Below, in pieces: positions 20,399 to 29,368 of a stretch of DNA of 64,000 nucleotides. The notes beneath the pieces are model-generated. The model saw only the letters and a list, made by a program, of their open reading frames with translations, searched no databases and was not told the origin of the DNA. The DNA comes from Acidimicrobiia bacterium. Lineage in GTDB: Bacteria > Actinomycetota > Acidimicrobiia > Spongiisociales > ZC4RG35. Positions within the stretch are counted from its first letter, which is position 1. Each line of letters begins with the position of its first letter. The position numbers were made by a program, and so were the translations under genes. The stretch lies in assembly GCA_965203555.1 (NCBI GenBank), contig CBDBCY010000004.1, positions 2,016,001 through 2,080,000 on the forward strand, in the 5' to 3' direction.

Positions 20399-22603
20399 AT
20401 GAAAGGAACCCGCAAATACAAACGCAATACATCCGCAAGGTGGCTCATAACCGGTCTGGTGGCAGTGCTCAGCCTGGTTGCGGCGGCTTGCGGCGACGAT
20501 GCCGAGGGCGAAACCACTACTACCCGGGCCGCCGCCGAAGCCACCACTACCCAAGCACCTGCTACGACGGAAGCTCCTCCAGAGCCTGTGGCGCCGGTTA
20601 CTCAGGGGCCTGGTGGTGAGGAGGCTACCGCGTCGGGTGAGATTGTTTTGAGTGGTGATGAGATTGCGCAGGTGCAGTCTGGGGGGTATACGGCGGCTTT
20701 GCTTTGGCATACGGCGGGTGCTTTCACCGATGCGGTGAGTCAGGGTGCTCGGGATGCTTTTGCCGAGTTGGGTATTGAGGTGATTGCCGAGACGAATGCT
20801 CAGTTTGATGCTGCTCAGCAGGCCAATGATGTGGAGACTGTGTTGGCGCAGGATCCTGATGTCATTATCAGTTTGGTGATTGATCCGGTGTCGGGCGCGG
20901 AGGCGTTCCGTCCTGCGGTCGAGGCCGGGGTGCAGTTGGTGTTCTTGAGCAATGTGCCCGAGGGCTATGTGCACGGTGTCGATTATGTGGGGGTGGTGAC
21001 CGATGATCTGGCTGCGATGGGGATGGCGGCTGCGGATTTGTTGGCTGATGCGTTGGGCGGCTCCGGGGAGGTGGGTTTCATCTTTCATGATGCTGCCTAT
21101 TACGTGACCAATCAGCGTGATCAGGCGTTCAAGACTTGGATCGAGCAGCGTTATCCGGGGATCGAGATCGTTTCTGAGCAGGGGTTGGCTGATCCGGCTG
21201 CTGCTGAGGAGATCGCGGCTACGTTGTTGACGCGCAATCCTGATCTTGATGGTATTTATGCGCCGTGGTCGGCTGGTCCGGCCGACGGGGTGTTGGCTGC
21301 TTTGCGGGCGGCTGGTGCTTCTGATGTGGCGGTGGTGACTTTGGATCTGGATACCAATGTTTCGTTGGACTTGGTGGAAGGCGGGAATGTGGTTGGTATC
21401 GCGGCGGATGAGGCGTATGCGCTGGGACGGACCATGGCGTTGGAGGGTGCTTACGGTCTGTTGGGCAAGGACGCTCCTCCGTTTACGGTGGTACCGGCGA
21501 TCGCAGTGACCGCTGACAACATCGTGGATGCCTACCGCCGGTCACTGGCCACCGACCCACCTCCCGAAGTCATGGCCGCACTCGGCGAGTCCGTGCCTGT
21601 GGCGCCGGTTACTCAGGGGCCTGGTGGTGAGGAGGCTACCGCGTCGGGTGAGATTGTTTTGAGTGGTGATGAGATTGCGCAGGTGCAGTCTGGGGGGTAT
21701 ACGGCGGCTTTGCTTTGGCATACGGCGGGTGCTTTCACCGATGCGGTGAGTCAGGGTGCTCGGGATGCTTTTGCCGAGTTGGGTATTGAGGTGATTGCCG
21801 AGACGAATGCTCAGTTTGATGCTGCTCAGCAGGCCAATGATGTGGAGACTGTGTTGGCGCAGGATCCTGATGTCATTATCAGTTTGGTGATTGATCCGGT
21901 GTCGGGCGCGGAGGCGTTCCGTCCTGCGGTCGAGGCCGGGGTGCAGTTGGTGTTCTTGAGCAATGTGCCCGAGGGCTATGTGCACGGTGTCGATTATGTG
22001 GGGGTGGTGACCGATGATCTGGCTGCGATGGGGATGGCGGCTGCGGATTTGTTGGCTGATGCGTTGGGCGGCTCCGGGGAGGTGGGTTTCATCTTTCATG
22101 ATGCTGCCTATTACGTGACCAATCAGCGTGATCAGGCGTTCAAGACTTGGATCGAGCAGCGTTATCCGGGGATCGAGATCGTTTCTGAGCAGGGGTTGGC
22201 TGATCCGGCTGCTGCTGAGGAGATCGCGGCTACGTTGTTGACGCGCAATCCTGATCTTGATGGTATTTATGCGCCGTGGTCGGCTGGTCCGGCCGACGGG
22301 GTGTTGGCTGCTTTGCGGGCGGCTGGTGCTTCTGATGTGGCGGTGGTGACTTTGGATCTGGATACCAATGTTTCGTTGGACTTGGTGGAAGGCGGGAATG
22401 TGGTTGGTATCGCGGCGGATGAGGCGTATGCGCTGGGACGGACCATGGCGTTGGAGGGTGCTTACGGTCTGTTGGGCAAGGACGCTCCTCCGTTTACGGT
22501 GGTACCGGCGATCGCAGTGACCGCTGACAACATCGTGGATGCCTACCGCCGGTCACTGGCCACCGACCCACCTCCCGAAGTCATGGCCGCACTCGGCGGA
22601 TAA
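20399..22603 (+). CDS. Lipoprotein sugar ABC substrate-binding protein (RbsB-like) with two identical tandem binding domains
   Basis: Lipobox VAAAC and Thr-rich linker, then the same ~335-aa periplasmic-binding-protein type I domain twice. SD AGGAGG. Confidence 0.9.
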   Translation: MKGTRKYKRNTSARWLITGLVAVLSLVAAACGDDAEGETTTTRAAAEATTTQAPATTEAPPEPVAPVTQGPGGEEATASGEIVLSGDEIAQVQSGGYTAALLWHTAGAFTDAVSQGARDAFAELGIEVIAETNAQFDAAQQANDVETVLAQDPDVIISLVIDPVSGAEAFRPAVEAGVQLVFLSNVPEGYVHGVDYVGVVTDDLAAMGMAAADLLADALGGSGEVGFIFHDAAYYVTNQRDQAFKTWIEQRYPGIEIVSEQGLADPAAAEEIAATLLTRNPDLDGIYAPWSAGPADGVLAALRAAGASDVAVVTLDLDTNVSLDLVEGGNVVGIAADEAYALGRTMALEGAYGLLGKDAPPFTVVPAIAVTADNIVDAYRRSLATDPPPEVMAALGESVPVAPVTQGPGGEEATASGEIVLSGDEIAQVQSGGYTAALLWHTAGAFTDAVSQGARDAFAELGIEVIAETNAQFDAAQQANDVETVLAQDPDVIISLVIDPVSGAEAFRPAVEAGVQLVFLSNVPEGYVHGVDYVGVVTDDLAAMGMAAADLLADALGGSGEVGFIFHDAAYYVTNQRDQAFKTWIEQRYPGIEIVSEQGLADPAAAEEIAATLLTRNPDLDGIYAPWSAGPADGVLAALRAAGASDVAVVTLDLDTNVSLDLVEGGNVVGIAADEAYALGRTMALEGAYGLLGKDAPPFTVVPAIAVTADNIVDAYRRSLATDPPPEVMAALGG
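20584..22598 (+). repeat. Direct tandem duplication of ~1004 bp (20584-21587 and 21595-22598, period 1011 bp)
   Basis: Translations are identical and no nucleotide difference was seen in the segments compared by eye. A unique 7-nt linker AGTCCGT separates the copies. Confidence 0.95.
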
Positions 22604-22646
22604 CCTTCCATGAACAGCTGATCGCATAGGGAAACGGTCGCAAGAG

Positions 22647-23660
22647 ATGAGAGCCCATGTCCTGGCCGGCGTCGCCACCCGGTTGAGGCAGGCATGGGCC
22701 AGACAGAGCGACGACGGCGGGTTTCGACGTTACGTGGTCTATTTGGCCTTCGTTTCGATTCTCGCCGTCTTCGCTCTCATGCTGTGGGACGATGGTTTCC
22801 TGAGTTGGTCGAATCTTTTGAACATCGGCCGCCAGGCAGCGCCGATCGCGGTCATGGCGGTGGGTATGGCCTTCGCCCTGGCCTCGGCGGAGATAGATCT
22901 TTCGATCGGATCGACCGTGGCGCTCTCCTCGTTGGTTGCCGCAGTAGTGGTCGGCGACCATGGATTCCTCATCGGAGCGCTGGCGGCGGTGGCCGTGGGT
23001 GCACTGGTGGGGCTGGCGAACGGCCTGATCACCGTCAAGATACGGATCCCATCCTTCCTGGTGACGCTGGGGATGCTGGGGATCATCAGCGGGATTGCCC
23101 GCAACATGAACAATCTGCAGTCGATGCCGATCAGAAACGACGCCTTCTCCGCCCTGTTCGGCGCCGGGTCGCTGGGTCCTGTCTCGTCTTTGGTGATCTG
23201 GACCGCGGTGGCCTTTGCCTTGGGCCACTTTGCACTGCACCATCTGCGGTGGGGAAGGCATGTGCTCGCCACGGGGGCCAATCGGGCGTCGGCCAAAGCG
23301 GCCGGCCTCAATACCGACCGGATTCGGATCAGCGCCCTGGTGGTCAGTTCGGTGGCTGCCTCCTTCGCCGGGGTGCTGCTGGCTGGGCGTCTGGCCATCG
23401 GCCGCCACGACCTGGGAGAGAACGATCTGCTCACCGTGATTGCCGCGGTGGTGATCGGTGGTACCAGTTTGTTCGGCGGACGCGCGTCCATCGCCGGCGC
23501 GGTGACGGGCGCCCTGATCATGGCGATGCTCAACAATGGATTGATTCTGATGGGCCTCGAGGTGGCGGACCAGTTGATCGCCCGGGGGCTCATCATCATT
23601 GTGGCGGTGGCTCTGAGCATGAGGGCGCCGTCGGAAAGCGTGGGTGACGATGTTCCTTGA
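22647..23660 (+). CDS. Sugar ABC permease (RbsC family)
   Basis: Motifs EIDLSIGS, IPSFLVTLG, IAAVVIGGTSLFGGR. Confidence 0.92.
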   Translation: MRAHVLAGVATRLRQAWARQSDDGGFRRYVVYLAFVSILAVFALMLWDDGFLSWSNLLNIGRQAAPIAVMAVGMAFALASAEIDLSIGSTVALSSLVAAVVVGDHGFLIGALAAVAVGALVGLANGLITVKIRIPSFLVTLGMLGIISGIARNMNNLQSMPIRNDAFSALFGAGSLGPVSSLVIWTAVAFALGHFALHHLRWGRHVLATGANRASAKAAGLNTDRIRISALVVSSVAASFAGVLLAGRLAIGRHDLGENDLLTVIAAVVIGGTSLFGGRASIAGAVTGALIMAMLNNGLILMGLEVADQLIARGLIIIVAVALSMRAPSESVGDDVP

Positions 23661-24852
23661 ATCTCTGATCGGAAGGAACCGGGCCTTTCTGGAGGCCGCG
23701 GTACGGCTTCACCAGGAAAACCGGATTCCGGCCAACAGTTATGTGCTTGACCTGGACGCGGTGGAGTCGAACGCTCGCCTCATGACAGCTGAGGCTCACC
23801 GCCGTGGCTTGACGGTGTATGCCATGAGCAAACAGGTCGGACGGGCCCCGGGAGCGCTTGACGCGATCACCAGGGGTGGGGCAGACGGTTATGTGGCGGT
23901 CGACATGGGATGCGCCCGGCCCATTGCCGCCAACGGACACGCAATCGGCAATCTCGGACATCTGGTGCAGATCCCGCGAGCCGAAGCGGCCGAGGCTGCG
24001 AGCCTGGCCCCGGAGTATTGGACCATCTTCTCCCGCAACAAGGCGGTTGAGGCTTCACGGGCAGTAGCAGCCCAGGGACGCAGGCAAAAGGTGCTATTGC
24101 GGATTTGGGAACAGGGCGATGTCTTCTATCCGGGCCACGAGGGCGGGTTTCACCTTGATGAACTCTGCCAGGCGATCGACTTCGTCAACGGTCTGCGGGG
24201 ATTGCAATTCGCAGGACTCACCACCTTTCCGGCCCTGCTTTTTGACGGGGCGGCGAAAAAGGTGAACCCCACTGCCAATGTCGAAACGCTGGCTCGGGGG
24301 GTGGAGGCTGCTCTCGGCCACTTGGGCTCGGGCTTTGCCATCGAAGTCAACGCTCCCGGGACCACCTCCACGGCGGTGCTGGATGTGCTGGCAGAGGTTG
24401 GCGCCACCCAGGTGGAACCGGGGCACGGCCTAACCGGCACCACCCCTTTGCATGCGGTGGAGGAGCTTCCCGAACAGCCTGCAGTGCTGTACCTGACGGA
24501 GGTGGCCCACGTTCATCAGGGAGTGCCCCTGTGTTTTGGAGGGGGGTTCTATGTGGATCCGGTGTTCGAGCCTTATCCAACCACCGTTGTGGCTGCCGCC
24601 GGGCCAGAGGATGTGAGCCGGCAGCGGGTGCCGATCGACATGCCGGATCCGGCCGGTATCGACTATTACGCGCGGCTCCACCCGGAGGGTCGGGTGCTGC
24701 GGGAGGGCGACACCGTTATCGCCGGCTTCCGCATCCAGGCTTTCGTCACCCGCTCTCTGGTGGTGGGCGTGACCGGCGTCCGCGCCGGCGCCCCGGTGGT
24801 GGCCGGGATCTGGAATGTGGAAGGGGCGCCGGTCTCCTGGGGTGGCGGATGA
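23650..24852 (+). CDS. YhfX-like fold-type III PLP enzyme (alanine racemase superfamily)
   Basis: Motifs YAMSKQVGR (PLP Lys), GNLGHLVQIP, YPGHEGGF, QVEPGHGLTGTTPLH, FRIQAFVTRS resemble E. coli YhfX. Confidence 0.8.
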   Translation: MFLESLIGRNRAFLEAAVRLHQENRIPANSYVLDLDAVESNARLMTAEAHRRGLTVYAMSKQVGRAPGALDAITRGGADGYVAVDMGCARPIAANGHAIGNLGHLVQIPRAEAAEAASLAPEYWTIFSRNKAVEASRAVAAQGRRQKVLLRIWEQGDVFYPGHEGGFHLDELCQAIDFVNGLRGLQFAGLTTFPALLFDGAAKKVNPTANVETLARGVEAALGHLGSGFAIEVNAPGTTSTAVLDVLAEVGATQVEPGHGLTGTTPLHAVEELPEQPAVLYLTEVAHVHQGVPLCFGGGFYVDPVFEPYPTTVVAAAGPEDVSRQRVPIDMPDPAGIDYYARLHPEGRVLREGDTVIAGFRIQAFVTRSLVVGVTGVRAGAPVVAGIWNVEGAPVSWGGG

Positions 24853-25616
24853 CGGCGCCTGCTCTCTCGGTGCGCAACATGTCCAAGTCGTTTCGGGCCG
24901 TGCAGGCCCTGGACGATGTGTCGTTGGACCTGCGCCCCGGTCGGGTTACGGGACTACTGGGAGACAACGGCGCCGGTAAGTCCACCCTGGTCAAATGCAT
25001 CGCCGGGGTGTACCAGGCGGATGCGGGGACGATCAGTATTGATGGAGCCGTCCATCGGATCTCGTCTCCGGATGCGGCGCGCACCCTGGGCGTGGAGACC
25101 GTACATCAGAATCTTTCGCTGATAGACAGCCTGAATGTGGTGGAGAACCTGTTCTTGAACCGGGAATACACGCGGGGCGGTCGTTTCGGCGCCAGGATCG
25201 GCTTCTTGAACAAGAGGCGAATGCATAGAGAGTGCAAAGCGACCCTGGCCAGGCTCGACATTGCCATTCCCTCGATGCGCCGACCGGTTGGTCTGCTTTC
25301 GGGAGGACAGCGCCAGGCCATCGCGATCGGCCGGGCAGTGGCATGGGGACAACGGATCGTGCTCTTGGACGAACCCGCTGCCGCCCTGGGAGTGGAACAG
25401 GCGCAAAGGGTCATGGATCTCATTCTTTCCCTGCGAGACGCAAGGGTGGCTGTTCTGCTGATCACTCACAACATGGATCGCGTCACCGCAGTTTGTGACA
25501 ATGCCGTAATTCTGCGTCAGGGCCGCAAGGCTGCCGAGGTTGAAGTCAGCCGGGTGAGCAAGGATGACTTGGTGGCCTTCATAACCGGGGCCAAATCTGA
25601 TCAACAACCGGCCTGA
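24849..25616 (+). CDS. Sugar ABC ATPase (single domain)
   Basis: Motifs GDNGAGKST, LSGGQRQ, LLDEPAAALG. Confidence 0.92.
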   Translation: MTAPALSVRNMSKSFRAVQALDDVSLDLRPGRVTGLLGDNGAGKSTLVKCIAGVYQADAGTISIDGAVHRISSPDAARTLGVETVHQNLSLIDSLNVVENLFLNREYTRGGRFGARIGFLNKRRMHRECKATLARLDIAIPSMRRPVGLLSGGQRQAIAIGRAVAWGQRIVLLDEPAAALGVEQAQRVMDLILSLRDARVAVLLITHNMDRVTAVCDNAVILRQGRKAAEVEVSRVSKDDLVAFITGAKSDQQPA

Positions 25617-25674
25617 AGGGACTGCTTCGCTCTACACCCATGACGAGAAGCTGTCTGTCGGAGGCGCCGCTCGG

Positions 25675-26412
25675 ATGGAGGTAATCGTGGAACCGGATGG
25701 CGCCGGCGTTACGCGCACCGCGGCCGACCTGGTGCAGGAGTACCTGTGCGCCACGAGAGAGCCGGCCCTGGGCCTGGCCACCGGCGGGTCCGTTGCAGCC
25801 CTTTACCGCGAATTGGTGCTCCGATACCGGCAAGGCCGGTTGGATTTTGGCAGGGCGCGGGCCTTTTTGTTGGACGAGTATGTGGGGCTGGGGCGCTCGC
25901 ATCCGCAGCGATACGCCAATGTCATTCTGAACCAGTTGGCAAGACATGTCGGCCTCGATCCTCATCGTGTTCGCGGACCCGACGGCGACGCTCCTGATTT
26001 GGCGGAGGAGTGTTCTCGCTACGAGCACCTGGTATGCGGCGCCGGAGTGGGATTGCAGATTCTCGGAGTCGGGCGCAACGGTCACCTGGCTTTCAACGAA
26101 CCTGGCTCTTCCCTCGAGTCCCGTACGCGAGTGGTGGAGTTGGCCGAGACCACCAGGGCCGACAACGCCCGGTTCTTTCCCAGTCCCGCAAACGTGCCCT
26201 TCCTGGCCATCACCCAGGGTTTGGCCACCATCAGCCAAGCGGCGCATCTGTTGGTATTGGCCACCGGATCGAACAAGGCTGCAGCTGTGCGGGCAACGCT
26301 GGAGGGAACGGTCACTTCTGCTGTTCCGGCTTCGGCCCTGCGACTCCATCCACGAGTCACGTTGCTCTTGGATCCGCCGGCTGCCCGGCTAACTCGATTC
26401 GCTCTGCCCTGA
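25675..26412 (+). CDS. nagB: Glucosamine-6-phosphate deaminase
   Basis: Motifs LGLATGGS, LDEYVGL, GVGRNGHLAFNEPG, PASALRLH. Confidence 0.88.
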   Translation: MEVIVEPDGAGVTRTAADLVQEYLCATREPALGLATGGSVAALYRELVLRYRQGRLDFGRARAFLLDEYVGLGRSHPQRYANVILNQLARHVGLDPHRVRGPDGDAPDLAEECSRYEHLVCGAGVGLQILGVGRNGHLAFNEPGSSLESRTRVVELAETTRADNARFFPSPANVPFLAITQGLATISQAAHLLVLATGSNKAAAVRATLEGTVTSAVPASALRLHPRVTLLLDPPAARLTRFALP

Positions 26413-26438
26413 GACTTCTCACAGGGACTGAATGGCGT

Positions 26439-27230
26439 CTAGCCGCTCGCCTCGGTGGTAGTCGTTGTCGGCTCTTCGGAGTCGGCCTCCTCCGATTCGG
26501 TTTCTTCGGAATCAACCGGGCCCGGCGCCGTCAGATCCCGGCTAACGATGAGGGCCGTTATCTCTTCGTCTCCGATGTACTCGGCGATGATCGCGTCGAT
26601 GCCTTCTTTGAAGACCCCGAACGCGGCGTTGAGCCCCACCTGCGCCGCCTGACGCTGCTCGCCGGTGTCAGACGACTGCAACCCGGCCAACATCTCCATT
26701 GCAGATTCAGCGATCTGGCCAACTGCCGAGACGACGGTCAGGTGTTTTGGCGGGAAATCGCCGGTTGGGGGAACTGAAATAAGGTCGAAGTCAACCCGAG
26801 CCGTCTGGATACTCTCTGCGGCCGCTTCCATCGCCGCTTCGGTATCCGAGAAACTGACATCCGTCTCGGACCGGTTGTCCCAATCGTTGCTGATGCCGAT
26901 GATCTCATTCACCAACCGACTGACTCCCACCTCCGCCGTAAGAAGCTGTTTGAGATAATTCCGGACCACTTCGGCGGGAAACGTGGATGCAGCAGCGGGT
27001 GGTTGGGTAGTGGTGGTCGTGGAAGGCTGAGTGGTGGTCGTGGGTGGTCGGGTGGTGGAAGTCGTGGCCAGGGGGGCGATGGTGGTGGGGGGAGCGGAGG
27101 TGGAGACCGTGGCCGCGGTGGTGGTACTGGAAGGTGGGGCCTCGACCGGATCCAGCAGGCATGAAGATCCGCCCAGAAAACTCAGGGAGAGGATGAGGAG
27201 CAAGACGGCAGGTTTACGCATGATCGGCAC
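26439..27230 (-). CDS. Uncharacterised lipoprotein, paralogue 1 (WDNRS family)
   Basis: Signal peptide ending GGSSC, Thr/Pro linker, helical domain NDWDNRSETDVSFSDTEAAME ... GLQSSDTGEQR. Confidence 0.75.
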   Translation of the reverse strand: MPIMRKPAVLLLILSLSFLGGSSCLLDPVEAPPSSTTTAATVSTSAPPTTIAPLATTSTTRPPTTTTQPSTTTTTQPPAAASTFPAEVVRNYLKQLLTAEVGVSRLVNEIIGISNDWDNRSETDVSFSDTEAAMEAAAESIQTARVDFDLISVPPTGDFPPKHLTVVSAVGQIAESAMEMLAGLQSSDTGEQRQAAQVGLNAAFGVFKEGIDAIIAEYIGDEEITALIVSRDLTAPGPVDSEETESEEADSEEPTTTTTEASG

Positions 27231-27733
27231 TATTCACATGGACAGCGGAAAGCCCCAGGCGCCTTCTTGGGCGGGCATTTCCCTGCTGGATTTGTAGGTT
27301 GGTTCCATGAGTCCGAATATACCCGCAGGGTCACCTGGAGCAAGGTAATAATGGGACTGGGAGAGTCTCTCTCGGCAGGCTTTCTTCCGGTTGGTGGTCC
27401 TTCCACCACCGACAAGTCCCCTTCCACGACTCCAAACAGGCGTTGTACAACTCAGATCACATGCCGAACACCTCGGTCAGGCGGCGATGCCGAGAGGACG
27501 AGGGCTCGACCGCAAAGCGCCGGGTCTGCACCGTCTGGGACATGAACCAAAGAGTCTCCCAGAGTTGTGACAACAATCACACGCCACCCAATCGTCAACC
27601 CGGGGGAACTCCATCCCGCAACAGACCTCAACTCGACCCCAGCGGCAGGACGTGACGGAATCCGGGTTCTCTCCGGGACCCCAGGCCGGCTGCCGGGAGG
27701 AGCTCGGTCATACCGGGTTATACTACCGCGTAT

Positions 27734-27970
27734 ATGAAAGTTGCGGTGTCGATTCCCGACGCGGTGTTTGAAGCGGCGGAACTACTGGCCAAGCGTCGTC
27801 GGTGTTCACGTTCGAGTTTGTACACGGAAGCCTTGGAAGGCTTGTTGGCAGTTGCTGACCGTGACGAGATCACTGCCCGTTTGGACGCTGTGTACCAAAG
27901 TGATCCTTCAGAGATCGGACCGCTAATGCTGGAGGCACAGCAACGGGCGCTGGACGACGATCATTGGTAA
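27734..27970 (+). CDS. RHH antitoxin (MazE/CopG-like)
   Basis: MKVAVSIPDAVFEAAE...SRSSLY ribbon-helix-helix, ITARLDAVY and terminal W; overlaps the toxin gene. TATACT -10 box at 27719-24. Confidence 0.85.
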   Translation: MKVAVSIPDAVFEAAELLAKRRRCSRSSLYTEALEGLLAVADRDEITARLDAVYQSDPSEIGPLMLEAQQRALDDDHW

Positions 27971-28335
27971 TCCATAGAGGCGATATTTTCTGGGTCGATT
28001 TTCGCCCGCCGATTGGATCCCAACCGGGATACAGGCGCCCGGTTTTGGTTGTGTCGAGCGAGCAGTTCAACAGAAGCAGAATCGCTACGGTGGTGGCTGT
28101 TGTAATCACGTCCAATCTGCGTCTTGCCTACGCGCCGGGAAACGTCATGCTGCCGGCCGAGACCTCCGGCCTGGATCGGGATTCCGTTGCAAACGTGTCC
28201 CAGATAGTGACTCTCAACAAGAGTGATCTTTCTCAAAAAGAGGGCCGGGTCGATGACGCGATGATGCGGATGATCGAAAAGGGCTTGGAGTTGGTGCTGG
28301 GCCTATCGCCGAAGCGGGGACCACGGGTTCCTTAG
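27964..28335 (+). CDS. mazF: MazF/PemK family endoribonuclease toxin
   Basis: Motifs RGDIFWVD, GSQPGYRRPVLVV, ITSN, DSVANVSQIVTLNK. Confidence 0.9.
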   Translation: MVIHRGDIFWVDFRPPIGSQPGYRRPVLVVSSEQFNRSRIATVVAVVITSNLRLAYAPGNVMLPAETSGLDRDSVANVSQIVTLNKSDLSQKEGRVDDAMMRMIEKGLELVLGLSPKRGPRVP

Positions 28336-28410
28336 CCCGGCTAAGGGTTGGCCGAGAGTCAAAGGCTCAGGTAACAGGAGAAACCGCCCGACTACTGTGG
28401 TAGGCGTCCC

Positions 28411-29352
28411 TCAGGGCAGTAGTTCGCAGGCCAGGTTGTTTTCATTGGTGTCGAGCAAGGCGACGTCGCCGTAAAAGGGGAAGTAGGCGTCGAACCACTC
28501 TTGAGCTTCGGCCTGGGTGGAGAAGTCACTGCAGTTTTTGGTATTGCCCGGGTCCGGCGGGGCCGTACCCAAGGTGGCGCCGGTGGCGGCAGAGGTACTG
28601 GAAGTGGTAGTGGTTTCCTCAGGTGTGGTGACCGGAAAGGAGTCATCGGCCCTGCTGGCTTCGAGCATCTCGATCCCTTCCTCTCCGGTGATGGCGGCCA
28701 CTCGGTCGATTACTTGCCCAAAGAGGTCGAACGCAGTCAAAAACCCCGCCAGCACCGCCCTGCGTGCCTCGCCGGTGTCAGGTGAACGTAGCCCGTCAAG
28801 CATCTGCGGGGGGGAATCCACCAGGATGCCCACCGCTGAACTGGCCACGCGGTGCTCATCCCGAAGACCGAATTCGGAGGGCGCCTTTATCAGAACGAAG
28901 GTGTCCTGCAGGCTTTGGGCTCGGGCAACGGTCTCCTCCAAGGCGAGTTCGGTGTCCGAGAATGAGACCCCCGTTTGAGATCTGTTGTCCCAATCGTCGT
29001 TGATGTCCCTGACTTCCATCACAAACCGAGCTATTTCAGCTTGGGCGGCCAGCAATTGCTCCAGATAGTCGAGCGCCACCCGGACAGGGGAAGTTGTCGT
29101 GGTGGATTCGGGGACCGAGGAAGTGGTGGTGGTCGGCGGCAGGGTGGTGCTTGTGGCCGGGGAGGAATCGGTGGTGGATGTCGATTCGGCAAGGGTAGTG
29201 ACCGGTGCGGTGATGGTGGGGGTGGGCGCCAGGGAGTCCTCGGGTTCGAAAAGCGCACATGAAGAAGCCCCACTCACGAGTAACGCCAACCAGGCGGGCC
29301 CCAGGATGTGGAGATAAGGAAAGCGACTGGAGAGGGTACGGTTAGATGGCAA
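28411..29352 (-). CDS. Uncharacterised lipoprotein, paralogue 2, with C-terminal Excalibur-like Ca-binding domain
   Basis: GASSC lipobox; NDDWDNRSQTGVSFSDTELALE; tail NCSDFSTQAEAQ...LDTNENNLACE. TTG start at 29352 is inferred. Confidence 0.75.
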   Translation of the reverse strand: MPSNRTLSSRFPYLHILGPAWLALLVSGASSCALFEPEDSLAPTPTITAPVTTLAESTSTTDSSPATSTTLPPTTTTSSVPESTTTTSPVRVALDYLEQLLAAQAEIARFVMEVRDINDDWDNRSQTGVSFSDTELALEETVARAQSLQDTFVLIKAPSEFGLRDEHRVASSAVGILVDSPPQMLDGLRSPDTGEARRAVLAGFLTAFDLFGQVIDRVAAITGEEGIEMLEASRADDSFPVTTPEETTTTSSTSAATGATLGTAPPDPGNTKNCSDFSTQAEAQEWFDAYFPFYGDVALLDTNENNLACELLP

Positions 29353-29368
29353 GTCTTCCCATCCTGTC

